Positions 1-10,239 of a stretch of DNA of 64,000 nt are shown piece after piece (positions within the stretch are counted from its first letter, which is position 1; each line of letters opens with the position of its first letter). Position numbers and translations under genes: made by a program. Source of the stretch: an uncultured Pelagibacteraceae bacterium (lineage in GTDB: Bacteria > Pseudomonadota > Alphaproteobacteria > Pelagibacterales > Pelagibacteraceae). The notes below the pieces were generated by a model, which ran no database searches, was not told the DNA's origin, and saw nothing but the letters and a program-made list of their open reading frames with translations. The stretch is from contig CACKMG010000001.1 in the NCBI GenBank assembly GCA_902601235.1, forward strand, positions 32,539 through 96,538, in the 5' to 3' direction.

Positions 1-1
1 T

Positions 2-703
2 CAAGAGATCACTAAAAAATTAGGTCTTGGATTTATTTATAAAACATCTTTTGATAAGGCAAATAGAACAAGTTTAAAAGGAAAGAGAGGAGCAGGTTTA
101 GATGCTTCACTTCCTGTTTTTGATAAGATTAAAAGAGAATTAGAAATACCAATACTCACAGATATACATAATATCGAACAATGTTCTATAGTAAGTAAAC
201 ATGCTGATGTACTTCAAATTCCAGCATTTCTTTGTAGGCAAACAGATTTACTAATAGCTGCAGCCAAAACAAATAAGATTATTAATGTTAAAAAAGGACA
301 ATTCTTAGCTCCGTGGGATATGGTTAATGTAACAAAAAAAATTTCAGAGTCTGGGAATAAAAATATTTTAGTCACAGAAAGAGGAGCAAGTTTTGGCTAT
401 AACACTCTTGTATCTGACATGAGATCACTTCCAATAATGGCAAAGAATGGTTATCCAGTTATTTTTGATGCTACACATTCAGTTCAACAACCTGGGGGTC
501 TAGGAGAAAAAAGTGGTGGTCAAAGAGAATTTGTAGAATATTTAGCAAGAGCTGCTGTTGCAGTAGGTGTTGCAGGAGTATTTATTGAAACTCATCAGGA
601 TCCAGATAATGCACCATCAGATGGTCCCAATATGCTCCCGTTAGATAAATTAGAAAATTTGTTAAAACAACTTACAGACATAGATAATTTAATAAAAAAT
701 TAG
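2..703 (+). CDS. kdsA: 3-deoxy-8-phosphooctulonate (KDO8P) synthase, 5'-truncated by window
   Basis: Frame is open from base 2 ([24 protein letters not shown]...[13 protein letters not shown]...NVKKGQF) and continues into the ORF-track peptide with ERG, DATHSVQ and PSDG motifs. Confidence 0.97.
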   Translation, partial: QEITKKLGLGFIYKTSFDKANRTSLKGKRGAGLDASLPVFDKIKRELEIPILTDIHNIEQCSIVSKHADVLQIPAFLCRQTDLLIAAAKTNKIINVKKGQFLAPWDMVNVTKKISESGNKNILVTERGASFGYNTLVSDMRSLPIMAKNGYPVIFDATHSVQQPGGLGEKSGGQREFVEYLARAAVAVGVAGVFIETHQDPDNAPSDGPNMLPLDKLENLLKQLTDIDNLIKN

Positions 704-1959
704 TGAGCAAAATTATAAAAGTAAAAGCCCGTCAAGTTTTTGACAGTAGAGGAAATCCCACTATTGAAGCTGAGGTTTTTACAAAAAATAATAGTGCTAG
801 TGCCATTTGTCCTTCAGGAGCTTCTACTGGTACTTATGAAGCTTTTGAAAAAAGAGATATAAAAAATGAAAAGTATTTAGGAAAAAGTGTTCTGAGTGCA
901 ATTAATCTAGTTAATACAAAAATTTCAAAAAAACTAAGAGGGTTCAGTGTACATAATCAAGAAAGAGTAGATGCTATAATGATTAATTTAGATGGAACAA
1001 GACAAAAAACTAAATTAGGAGCTAATACAATACTTGCTGTATCAATGGCAATTAAAAAGCTTTCAGCTAAGATAAAAAAAATTCCTTTGTATAAAACATT
1101 TTTAATTAAAAATAATTTTAGATTACCATATCCATTGATGAATATAATAAACGGCGGTGCACATGCAAATAATGGTTTGAGAATTCAAGAATTTATGATC
1201 AGACCTGATCGAGCAAAAAGTTTTTCAGATGCGATGCGAATTTGTTTTTTAGTAATCAGCAATTTAAGAAAAATTATTAAGTCAAGAGGCTTATCCACAT
1301 CTGTTGGAGATGAAGGTGGATTTGCACCAATGATAAATAATAACAATCAAGCATTAGACTTAATTGTTTTAGCAATAAAGAAATCTGGATTTGTAAATGG
1401 TAAAGATGTTTCCATATGCTTAGATGTTGCAGCTAACGAATTATACAAAAGAAACAAATATTCAATTCATTCAAAAAATTATATTACAGTCGAAAAGTCT
1501 ATCAATGAATACAAAAGAATTATTAAAAGATATAAGATAAAATCGATTGAAGATCCTTTTGCTGAAAATGATTGGATTGCTTGGAACAAATTAATGAAAT
1601 CAATTAAAAAAATTCAGATAGTAGGTGATGATCTTTATGTAACAAATCTTGAGAGATTAAAAAAAGGATTTTTGAATCTATCATCTAATGCGATTTTAGT
1701 TAAACTCAACCAAATAGGCACTGTTTCTGAAACTTTAGATGTAATTAAATTTGCACAGGAAACTGGTTTTAAAACTATAATTTCTCATAGATCAGGAGAT
1801 AGTGAAGATACATTTATTGCTGATTTAGCTGTTGGAACAAACTCAAATCAAATAAAAACAGGATCTTTGGCAAGATCTGAAAGAGTAGCAAAATATAATC
1901 AATTATTACGTATAGAAGAAGAACTTGGAAAAAAAGCTAGAATGAATAAAATTCATTAA
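703..1959 (+). CDS. eno: enolase
   Basis: DSRGNPT, PSGASTG, GDEGGFAP, SHRSGDSED, IKTGSLARSER motifs; GTG start overlaps kdsA stop. Confidence 0.98.
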   Translation: MSKIIKVKARQVFDSRGNPTIEAEVFTKNNSASAICPSGASTGTYEAFEKRDIKNEKYLGKSVLSAINLVNTKISKKLRGFSVHNQERVDAIMINLDGTRQKTKLGANTILAVSMAIKKLSAKIKKIPLYKTFLIKNNFRLPYPLMNIINGGAHANNGLRIQEFMIRPDRAKSFSDAMRICFLVISNLRKIIKSRGLSTSVGDEGGFAPMINNNNQALDLIVLAIKKSGFVNGKDVSICLDVAANELYKRNKYSIHSKNYITVEKSINEYKRIIKRYKIKSIEDPFAENDWIAWNKLMKSIKKIQIVGDDLYVTNLERLKKGFLNLSSNAILVKLNQIGTVSETLDVIKFAQETGFKTIISHRSGDSEDTFIADLAVGTNSNQIKTGSLARSERVAKYNQLLRIEEELGKKARMNKIH

Positions 1960-2267
1960 TGTTCAAAAGTATAAAAAACAACTACTTTTTTTTAATATCA
2001 ATTTTTCTAGTCCTGTATTTTTTCTTCAATCTTTTATCAGGTGAAAGAGGACTTATTTCATATTTTAAAAAAAAACAGACATTAAAAAATCTTGAAACAG
2101 AAGAACTATTATTAACTAAACAAATTAATGACTTGGAATTTAAAAATTCGTTATTAAGTGACAATCTTGACCTTGATTACATTGAAACATTGATTAGAGA
2201 GAGGTTTATATTTGGAAAAAAAAATGAAATTATTTACATAATCAAAAATAATGACACAAAAAATTAG
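1959..2267 (+). CDS. ftsB: septum formation initiator FtsB/DivIC family
   Basis: N-terminal TM, GERG motif, coiled coil, DYIETLIRE; conserved position after eno. Confidence 0.85.
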   Translation: MFKSIKNNYFFLISIFLVLYFFFNLLSGERGLISYFKKKQTLKNLETEELLLTKQINDLEFKNSLLSDNLDLDYIETLIRERFIFGKKNEIIYIIKNNDTKN

Positions 2268-3183
2268 ACCTAGACATCCTGAAAAAGTTAAAAATCCAAT
2301 TAATCCTATTAAAAAAAAACCAGATTGGATTAGATCTAAACTCAATAATAGTAAGGAATTTTTTTTAACGAAAACTATTGTGAATAAAAACAATCTTGTA
2401 ACAGTATGTCAGGAAGCAAACTGTCCGAATATAACTGAATGTTGGAGTAAAAGACATGCAACATTTATGATAATGGGAGATACATGTACGAGAGCATGTG
2501 CTTTTTGTGATGTTAAAACTGGCAAGCCAGGAAAACTAGATGAACTAGAGCCAATTAAGATTTCTCAAGCCGTTAAAAAACTAGACTTAAAACATGTTGT
2601 GATCACTTCAGTAGATAGAGACGATTTAGATGATGGTGGTTCAAATCATTTTTACAAAGTAATAAATCAAACTAGAAAAACCAACCCTAATACAACTATA
2701 GAAGTTTTAACTCCTGATTTTTTGAGAAAAGGAGATGCTTATAAAAAAGTATTAGAAGCTAATCCAGATGTTTTTAATCATAACATTGAAACTGTGCCCA
2801 GTCTTTATTTAAAAGTAAGACCTGGATCAAGATATTTTGCTTCTCTTGAACTTTTGAAAAATGCAAAAAAAATGAATAAAAAAGTTTTTACTAAATCTGG
2901 GATAATGGTTGGTTTGGGTGAAACTAAAGATGAAATTTTACAAGTAATGGATGATTTGAAATCTGCTGATGTAGATTTTTTAACAATTGGACAGTATTTA
3001 CAACCATCTGTAAAACATTTTCCTTTGGATAGATATTACACTCCTGATGAATTTAAAGATTTAGGAGATATCGCTAAAGCAAAAGGTTTCTTATTAGTTT
3101 CATCATCACCATTAACAAGATCTTCATATCATGCTGATGAAGACTTTGCTAAACTTCAACAAAATAGAATTAATAATCATTAA
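2251..3183 (+). CDS. lipA: lipoyl synthase
   Basis: [12 protein letters not shown] and radical-SAM CTRACAFC motifs; C-terminal RSSY. Confidence 0.98.
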   Translation: MTQKIRPRHPEKVKNPINPIKKKPDWIRSKLNNSKEFFLTKTIVNKNNLVTVCQEANCPNITECWSKRHATFMIMGDTCTRACAFCDVKTGKPGKLDELEPIKISQAVKKLDLKHVVITSVDRDDLDDGGSNHFYKVINQTRKTNPNTTIEVLTPDFLRKGDAYKKVLEANPDVFNHNIETVPSLYLKVRPGSRYFASLELLKNAKKMNKKVFTKSGIMVGLGETKDEILQVMDDLKSADVDFLTIGQYLQPSVKHFPLDRYYTPDEFKDLGDIAKAKGFLLVSSSPLTRSSYHADEDFAKLQQNRINNH

Positions 3184-3641
3184 TGCCTAAAGCTTCAGTT
3201 AAGCGATTAATTGAATGTAAAAAAAAAGATTTAATAAATTTAGTTCTAGATATTGAAAAATATCCAGAATTTGTTCCATTTTGTTTTGATGCAAAAATAT
3301 ATGAAAATAAAAATGAAGGTGATTTAAAGAAAATTATTGCAGATTTAACAATTGGAAAAGGTCCTTTTAAAGATACTTATAAAAGTGATGTGGTCTTTGA
3401 TAAAAAGAAAGACTCAATATTTGTTAAAAATATAGATGGACCTTTAAATCATCTTTCAAATAATTGGACATTTTCTGACAAAAAAAATGGAATTACAGAG
3501 GTTACTTTTGATATTGATTTTGAAATTAAAAATAAATTTCTAAATTCCTTGATGGTTGTTTCTTTTCAATTTGGTTTAGAAAAAATTGCTGATGCATTCC
3601 AAAAGAGGGCAGAAGATTTATTTGACAGCTCTAAGAATTAG
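3183..3641 (+). CDS. RatA/Coq10 START-domain (polyketide cyclase-like) protein
   Basis: LVLDIEKYPEFVPFC and GPLNHLSNNW motifs; conserved position after lipA. Confidence 0.85.
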   Translation: MPKASVKRLIECKKKDLINLVLDIEKYPEFVPFCFDAKIYENKNEGDLKKIIADLTIGKGPFKDTYKSDVVFDKKKDSIFVKNIDGPLNHLSNNWTFSDKKNGITEVTFDIDFEIKNKFLNSLMVVSFQFGLEKIADAFQKRAEDLFDSSKN

Positions 3642-4079
3642 ATTTAAAGCTTTTCTTACAGTAGCTTTTTGAATTGAGGATCTTTTTTTACTTTTAAATA
3701 AGCACTTAGTTATTTGTATTTTATTCCCTTTTTTAATACCAATATAAACTAAGCCTATAGGCTTCTGTTTGGTACCACCATTTGGTCCAGCAATACCAGT
3801 TATTGAAACATTTATTTGAGCTTTAGATATTCTAGATAAATTTTTAACCATCGCTGAACAGCATTCATGGCTTACAGCTCCATATGTTTTAATAATATTT
3901 TTATTTATCTTTAAAATTTTAATTTTTGCTTGGTTAGAATAAGTAACAAAACTTAAATCAAATACTTTTGATGCACCACTAATAGAAGTAATGGTGCTAG
4001 CTAATAATCCTCCTGTACAAGATTCTGCAAATGAAATCTTAAGTTTTCTTATAGATAATATTTTTATTAAAGATTTCAT
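3618..4079 (-). CDS. CinA family nicotinamide-nucleotide amidohydrolase (PncC-like)
   Basis: AESCTGGL, GAVS, SITGIAGP.GG motifs. Confidence 0.92.
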   Translation of the reverse strand: MKSLIKILSIRKLKISFAESCTGGLLASTITSISGASKVFDLSFVTYSNQAKIKILKINKNIIKTYGAVSHECCSAMVKNLSRISKAQINVSITGIAGPNGGTKQKPIGLVYIGIKKGNKIQITKCLFKSKKRSSIQKATVRKALNLILRAVK

Positions 4080-4582
4080 TAAATTAAATAACTACTTAAA
4101 ACCATAAAACAAATTAAAGATAAAACAACGTAAAAACCAGCACAAACATCATCCATGATTACCCCAAAGCTATTTTTGAAATTTTTATCAAAATAACTTA
4201 CTGGAAATGGTTTCGCTATGTCAAAAAATCTAAATAATATAAAACAAACACTGTAAAAAATTATAGCTTCATCAGCTGACTTTTCTGTTCCATGTGAAAT
4301 TTCATAAAGATAAATAGGAATTGATTGACCAATGAATTCATCTATTATTACTTCTTTTGGGTCTTTGTTTTCATTATCTTTGATATGAGTTGCAACCGCT
4401 AAAAAAGAAAAAATAAAAATAACTATCAAACCAATTAATATTAAAGATGAAGATAAATTGAAAATATGGAATAAAATATAAAGTATAATTGCCGTTGCCA
4501 AAGATCCAAAAGTACCAGGAATTTTTGGAAGTTTTCCTATACCAAACATAGTGACAAATAATATATTTAAAGTTTTAATCAT
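4079..4582 (-). CDS. pgpA: phosphatidylglycerophosphatase A
   Basis: PGTFGS, DPKEVIIDEFIG, FRFFDIAKP, GVIMDD motifs. Confidence 0.95.
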   Translation of the reverse strand: MIKTLNILFVTMFGIGKLPKIPGTFGSLATAIILYILFHIFNLSSSLILIGLIVIFIFSFLAVATHIKDNENKDPKEVIIDEFIGQSIPIYLYEISHGTEKSADEAIIFYSVCFILFRFFDIAKPFPVSYFDKNFKNSFGVIMDDVCAGFYVVLSLICFMVLSSYLI

Positions 4583-5681
4583 TTTTTATAATTGAAATAA
4601 TTACTTCACAAGCAATCGCTTTTTCTTTTCCTATTAAACCTAATTTTTCAACTGTTTTACCTTTTAAATTAATTTGATTTTTATTTATAGATGTCAGCTT
4701 CGATATTGAATTGATAATTCTGTTTCGATATTTTGAAACTTTAGGTTGTTCACAAATCAAATTAATATCAATGTTATTTATTGAAAAATCAGATTTATAC
4801 AAATTGCTGATAATTGGTTTTAACATTTTCGGAGATCTTATATTCTTAAATTTTTTATTATTTGGAAAAAATGTACCAATATCCTTTTTTTTTGTGGCAC
4901 CTAAAATTGCATCGATTATTGCATGTAATATTACATCTCCATCAGAATGTCCTTCGAGGCCTGAATGAAAAGGAATTTTTATTCCTCCAAGATAAAGTTT
5001 TTTATTTTTTATAAGTTTATGAATATCAAAACCTATACCAAAGTATGTTTTGGGAATTTCAATGTCAGTTAAGTATGTAATTTTACTATTTTTGTTTTCT
5101 CCAGGTATAAATTTGATTTTATAGTTTTTATTTATAAAAAGTGTAGCTTCATCACTGACTTTATTTTTTTCTTTTATTGCAAGATTGTATAATTCTTTGA
5201 ACTTAAACGCTTGGGGTGTTTGAGTTAAAAATGATTTATTTTTGTTAAGATTATAGACTTGATTTTTGATCTTATATTTTATTGCGTCTTTAGATGAGAT
5301 TACTGGAACAACAGCTTTATTTTTATTTAAATTTTTAGCAATATTTTTTAGCAACTTTATAGAAAAATTGGGTCTCGCTGCATCATGAATGAATACATTT
5401 TTTGGTTTGTATTTTTTTAGGTATTTTAAAGCTAATAAAGATGAGTCTGATCTTTCTCTACCACCTTTAATTATATTTATTGATTTGGAGTAACTCTTTT
5501 TTTTAAAATGATTTACATTGTTTGTTACTACTAATACTTTTCTAAAAAGGCTGGAATTCAATGATTTCTCAACTGAATGATCAATAATTTCTTTATTTTT
5601 ATATTTACAGAATTGTTTAGCTATTTTTTTATGAAATCTCTTACTTTTTCCAGCAGCTAATATTACAAAATAGTTGTTCAT
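4575..5681 (-). CDS. ispDF: bifunctional IspD/IspF (MEP pathway)
   Basis: IspD motifs LAAGKSKR, HDAARP, QTPQ; IspF motifs GFDIH, HSDGDV, KGKTVEKLG. Confidence 0.95.
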   Translation of the reverse strand: MNNYFVILAAGKSKRFHKKIAKQFCKYKNKEIIDHSVEKSLNSSLFRKVLVVTNNVNHFKKKSYSKSINIIKGGRERSDSSLLALKYLKKYKPKNVFIHDAARPNFSIKLLKNIAKNLNKNKAVVPVISSKDAIKYKIKNQVYNLNKNKSFLTQTPQAFKFKELYNLAIKEKNKVSDEATLFINKNYKIKFIPGENKNSKITYLTDIEIPKTYFGIGFDIHKLIKNKKLYLGGIKIPFHSGLEGHSDGDVILHAIIDAILGATKKKDIGTFFPNNKKFKNIRSPKMLKPIISNLYKSDFSINNIDINLICEQPKVSKYRNRIINSISKLTSINKNQINLKGKTVEKLGLIGKEKAIACEVIISIIKND

Positions 5682-5707
5682 TTATTTAAATACTATAATT
5701 CTAAATT

Positions 5708-7498
5708 ATGTTTGAATTTTTGAAAAAAAATATAATCATAATTGTACTATCTAGTATCACACTATTTATAGGTTTTTTAACTTTTTTAACATTCATTGAT
5801 AGAAGTTTTATTGAATTAAATCAAAGTAATTTACAAAATTTATTGATTTCAAACATTATATTACTTTTTTTATTGTTTATATTTATTTTTATAGAAATAA
5901 AAAAATCTATTAAAAATGATATCGATAAAGATGGTATCAATTCTAATAAAAAATATATCACTTATTTTTCACTATTTACCTTAATTCCATCTATTTTGAT
6001 TTCAATTTTTTCATTGTTCTTATTCTCGTTCGCATTAGAGAAATATTTTGATAAAAAGGTGACTACAGTAGTAAATAATTCTTACGAACTTGCAAAAGAT
6101 TATGTTCAGGAAGTAAGGAATAAAATTGAGTCCGAAACAGTCTTGGTTGCATTTGATCTGAATAAAAGTGCTAAATTTCTTAATGATAATCCAAAAGAAT
6201 ATCTACGTTTTTTACAAACACAAAAGTTAATTAGAAATTTAGATGAAATACATGTTATCAATCAAGATAAAAAACTCTTATTTTCAACAATAAAAACTTT
6301 GGATGAATATAAACCACCTATTGATAGAGCTTTGAAACTTGTTCTAGAAGATGACAGACCATTAAAAATTATTAATGCACCTGAGAATATTTCTGCAGCT
6401 ATAATGAGATTGCAGGCTTTTGAAAATAGATTTTTATATGTAGTGAAATATTTAGATGCTGATATATCTAATTATTTAAATGAGTCTCAAGAGGCTATTA
6501 ATTTTTATTATAATGTTGAGGAAAGAAGTACTGGAATTAAGATTTCTTTTGCAATTATCTATACTATAGTCGTATCGCTATTATTATTTATATCAATTAC
6601 AATTGCTATAAGATTTTCATCAAGATTTTTTAGGTCGATCAATAATTTAATTTTAGCGTCTTCTTCCATAGGTCAGGGCAATTTGGATACAAAAGTTCCA
6701 GAAATAAAAACAGATAAAGACATGGAAATTTTGAATAAAAACTTTAACCTAATGATAAGCAAATTAAAAGACCAACAAGAGAAACTTATCATTAATGAAA
6801 GATATGAAGCTTGGGGAAATTTAGCTAGAAAACTTGCACATGAAATAAAAAATCCTTTAACACCTATCCAATTAACCCTGGATAGAATTAAAAGCAAATA
6901 TTCAGACAAAATTTTAAAAGAAGATCAATTAAATTTTGAGGAAAATTTAAAAATTATTAACAACCAAATTAAACAAATAGAAAATTTAGTTAATGAATTT
7001 TCTGATTTTGCAAGAATGCCCAAACCAGTTTTTAAAAATAATAACTTAATTGAAATTTTAAATGAAAATATAGAATTATTAAAAAAATTAGATAAAACTA
7101 TTAAAATAATCTTTTCAAAAAAAGAAAAAAAAATCTTATTTGAGAGCGACAAAGAACAGCTTGGTAGAGCTTTTTTTAATTTAATAAAAAATTCAATAGA
7201 AAGTATTCAACAAAAGTCAGAAAATACGTCAAATTTTGAAAAAAAAATATCAATTGAAATTTCTCAAAATTATGACCATATTAAATTTATAATAGTTGAT
7301 AATGGCATTGGTTTTGATGAAGTAAAAAACAATATAAAAGATATTTTAAACCCGTACTTTACTACTAAAAAAAAAGGCACTGGCTTAGGACTATCTATAG
7401 TTAATAAGATTATAAATGATCATAATGGAGAACTTAAATTTATTTCTATCCCTGAAGGAGCAAAAATAGAGGTCAATTTTAAAATTCATGGCAATTGA
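5708..7498 (+). CDS. ntrY: NtrY-family sensor histidine kinase
   Basis: TM segments, HAMP, H-box ARKLAHEIKNPLTPIQL, G-box GTGLGL; upstream of ntrX. Confidence 0.92.
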   Translation: MFEFLKKNIIIIVLSSITLFIGFLTFLTFIDRSFIELNQSNLQNLLISNIILLFLLFIFIFIEIKKSIKNDIDKDGINSNKKYITYFSLFTLIPSILISIFSLFLFSFALEKYFDKKVTTVVNNSYELAKDYVQEVRNKIESETVLVAFDLNKSAKFLNDNPKEYLRFLQTQKLIRNLDEIHVINQDKKLLFSTIKTLDEYKPPIDRALKLVLEDDRPLKIINAPENISAAIMRLQAFENRFLYVVKYLDADISNYLNESQEAINFYYNVEERSTGIKISFAIIYTIVVSLLLFISITIAIRFSSRFFRSINNLILASSSIGQGNLDTKVPEIKTDKDMEILNKNFNLMISKLKDQQEKLIINERYEAWGNLARKLAHEIKNPLTPIQLTLDRIKSKYSDKILKEDQLNFEENLKIINNQIKQIENLVNEFSDFARMPKPVFKNNNLIEILNENIELLKKLDKTIKIIFSKKEKKILFESDKEQLGRAFFNLIKNSIESIQQKSENTSNFEKKISIEISQNYDHIKFIIVDNGIGFDEVKNNIKDILNPYFTTKKKGTGLGLSIVNKIINDHNGELKFISIPEGAKIEVNFKIHGN

Positions 7499-8843
7499 AA
7501 TATTAATCGTTGATGACAATTCAGATATAAGAAATATCTTAAATGAATTATTAATTGATGCAGGATACAAAACAAGAATTGCTGCAAATTATAATCAGGC
7601 TTTAATAGAAATTGATAAGAAAGTTCCTGATATAGCAATACTTGATGTCAAGCTAGATAAAGGAGACAATGATGGTATTGAATTGCTATCTCACATTAAG
7701 TCTAAGAATAAAGATGTTCCTGTTATAATTATTACTGGTCATGCAAATATAGAGATGGCAGTAAATTCACTTAAACATGGAGCTTTTGAATTTGTTGAAA
7801 AACCATTTGATCAAACAAGGTTATTAAATTTTATTAAAAGAGCTGCAGAAAATTTAGATTTAAAAGCAAAAAATAAAGAATATGAAAGTAGATTATTTTC
7901 ATCTTATGAATTGATTGGTAATAGTAAAAATATTTCTAATATTAGAGATCAAATTAATAAAATTTCTATCACAGAAAGTAGAGTTTTAATTAATGGCCCT
8001 TCAGGTTCTGGTAAAGAATTGGTTGCAAGAAAAATTCATAAAAATTCAAGAAGAAATAATAAACCATTTATAATAATAAATGGAGCTTTACTTGACTCAA
8101 GAAAATATGAATTTGAACTTTTTGGTGAAGAAAAAGAAAATAGCTTAATTTCTTATGGTGCTTTAGAAAAAGCTAATGGAGGTACATTACTGATTGATCA
8201 AATCTCTGAAATTCCTTTAGATATACAATCAAAAATTTTACGGGTTTTAATTGATCAAAAATTTAAAAGAGTAAATGGTAATTCAGATATTCATGTAGAT
8301 GTAAGAATTATCTGTTCATCAAGTAAAGATCTAAAACAAGAAATTAAAATTGGAAATTTTAGAGAGGATCTTTATCATCGATTAAATGTTTTTGAAATTA
8401 ATATTGAGCCATTGAAAGAAAGAATTTCAGATATTCCTTTATTAATAAAATATTTTTCAAATAAAATATCAGAAAATTACAGCATCAAAGAACTGCAAAT
8501 AGACGAAGATAATAGCTATATTTTAAATCATAATTGGCAAGGTAACGTAAGAGAACTTAGGAATCTGATTGAAAGAATTGCAATATTACAACCTGATAGT
8601 AGAGAGAAAATTTTAAGTATAATTAAAGAGTCTTTAAAAAATGCAGATTTTACCGATAAAATTCAAGAAAGTAGCCTATCAGTCCCATTAAAAGAGGCTA
8701 GAGAAAAATTTGAAAAAGAGTATTTAACTCTTCAACTAAAAAAATTTAATGGAAATATATCTAAAACAGCAAATTTTGTTGGAATGGAAAGAAGTGCTCT
8801 TCATAGAAAATTAAAAGGTCTAGGTATTAAAGAATTTAATTAA
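7488..8843 (+). CDS. ntrX: NtrX-family response regulator (REC-AAA+-Fis HTH)
   Basis: REC domain, GPSGSGKE Walker A, FREDLYHRLNV, GNISKTANFVGMERSALHRKLK. Confidence 0.93.
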   Translation: MAIEILIVDDNSDIRNILNELLIDAGYKTRIAANYNQALIEIDKKVPDIAILDVKLDKGDNDGIELLSHIKSKNKDVPVIIITGHANIEMAVNSLKHGAFEFVEKPFDQTRLLNFIKRAAENLDLKAKNKEYESRLFSSYELIGNSKNISNIRDQINKISITESRVLINGPSGSGKELVARKIHKNSRRNNKPFIIINGALLDSRKYEFELFGEEKENSLISYGALEKANGGTLLIDQISEIPLDIQSKILRVLIDQKFKRVNGNSDIHVDVRIICSSSKDLKQEIKIGNFREDLYHRLNVFEINIEPLKERISDIPLLIKYFSNKISENYSIKELQIDEDNSYILNHNWQGNVRELRNLIERIAILQPDSREKILSIIKESLKNADFTDKIQESSLSVPLKEAREKFEKEYLTLQLKKFNGNISKTANFVGMERSALHRKLKGLGIKEFN

Positions 8844-10235
8844 ATGAATATAATAATTTGTGGTGCAGGTAGAGTTGGTTTTACTATAGCTAAATTGCTA
8901 AGTGAACAAGGACATTCAATAACTGTTATAGATCAATCAAGTGAGGATATTCAAAAAATAAATGACAGTCTAGATGTTAAAGCTATTGTTGGAAAAGCGA
9001 CTTACCCATCAATACTTGAAAAAGCTAATGCCTCAGAAACTGACATGATTATAGCAGTTACAAGAAATGATGAGATAAATATGCTTATTTGTCAAATAGC
9101 TTTTTCAATATTCAATATACCTAAAAAAATCGCAAGAATTAGATCTCAAGATTATTTAAATCCAAAATTTACAAGAGTTTATAGCAAGGAAAATTTACCA
9201 ATTGATGTCATAATTTCACCTGAAATTGAGATAGCTAAATCAATCCAAAGAAAATTAGAAGCACCAGGTGCCTTAGATAGTGTCCCCTTTACAGACAATA
9301 AAATTAGATTATTAGAAATATTAATTAAAGATGATTGTAAATCAATGGGTATAAAATTTAATGAATTATCTAATAAATATCCAAAACTTGAAGCCAATAT
9401 CATTGGTATTAGTAGAGAGGATAAATTTTTTATACCTAAGAAAACTGATACTGTAAAAAAAGGTGACAAAATTTATGTAATTATCAATTCTTCACAAATG
9501 TCAGAAACTTTGGAAGCTTTTAGTCATGCTGAAAAAATATCAAAAAAAATATTAATCATTGGAGGTGGAAATATTGGCTACAACCTTGCAAAAAATATTG
9601 AGGAAACTTTAGAAACAGTAAGAGTAAAGATTGTTGAAAAAAACAAACAAAGAGCAGAATACTTAGCGAGTCAATTAAATGACTCTATAATTATTAATGG
9701 AGATGGTTTAGATGAAGAAGTTTTAACTGAAGCAAATTTAGATGAAGCAGAAACTGTCTTAGCATTAACTAATGATGATGAAGATAATTTGATGGTTAGT
9801 GTACTAGTTGAAAAATTTACAAAAGATCAAAAAAAAATTGACGATAAAAGAACAATGGCTTTGATTAACAAACCTAATTATTCCCTTTTACAATCTTCAT
9901 TAAAAATTGATGATTTAATTGATCCAAGAATGACAACAGTCTCGAGCATATTAAAGCATATTCACAAAGGAACAATTGAAAATGCTTATACTATTTCTGA
10001 TGGTGAATATGAAGTAATAGAAGCTGAAATAGCAGAGACATCAGAGTTGATTAATAAAGAAATTAAAAATTCAAATCTACCCGAAGAGTCAAGAATTGGT
10101 GCAGTTTTAAGAGATAAAAAAATTATTATACCTAGATCTAATTTCATTTTTAAAAAAGATGATAGGGTTGTTTTCATTGTTAAAAAAGACTCTATCCCTT
10201 TCGTTGAAAATATTTTTAGATTAAGCTCCGTTTGA
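8844..10235 (+). CDS. trkA: Trk potassium uptake NAD-binding subunit
   Basis: Two RCK_N GxGxxG motifs (GAGRVG, GGGNIG). Confidence 0.95.
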   Translation: MNIIICGAGRVGFTIAKLLSEQGHSITVIDQSSEDIQKINDSLDVKAIVGKATYPSILEKANASETDMIIAVTRNDEINMLICQIAFSIFNIPKKIARIRSQDYLNPKFTRVYSKENLPIDVIISPEIEIAKSIQRKLEAPGALDSVPFTDNKIRLLEILIKDDCKSMGIKFNELSNKYPKLEANIIGISREDKFFIPKKTDTVKKGDKIYVIINSSQMSETLEAFSHAEKISKKILIIGGGNIGYNLAKNIEETLETVRVKIVEKNKQRAEYLASQLNDSIIINGDGLDEEVLTEANLDEAETVLALTNDDEDNLMVSVLVEKFTKDQKKIDDKRTMALINKPNYSLLQSSLKIDDLIDPRMTTVSSILKHIHKGTIENAYTISDGEYEVIEAEIAETSELINKEIKNSNLPEESRIGAVLRDKKIIIPRSNFIFKKDDRVVFIVKKDSIPFVENIFRLSSV

Positions 10236-10239
10236 TTAA

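Noticed and set aside
3183-3641. RatA as a toxin-antitoxin system
   Set aside because: No RatB partner; the conserved lipA-linked position fits the Coq10-like ubiquinone-binding housekeeping role
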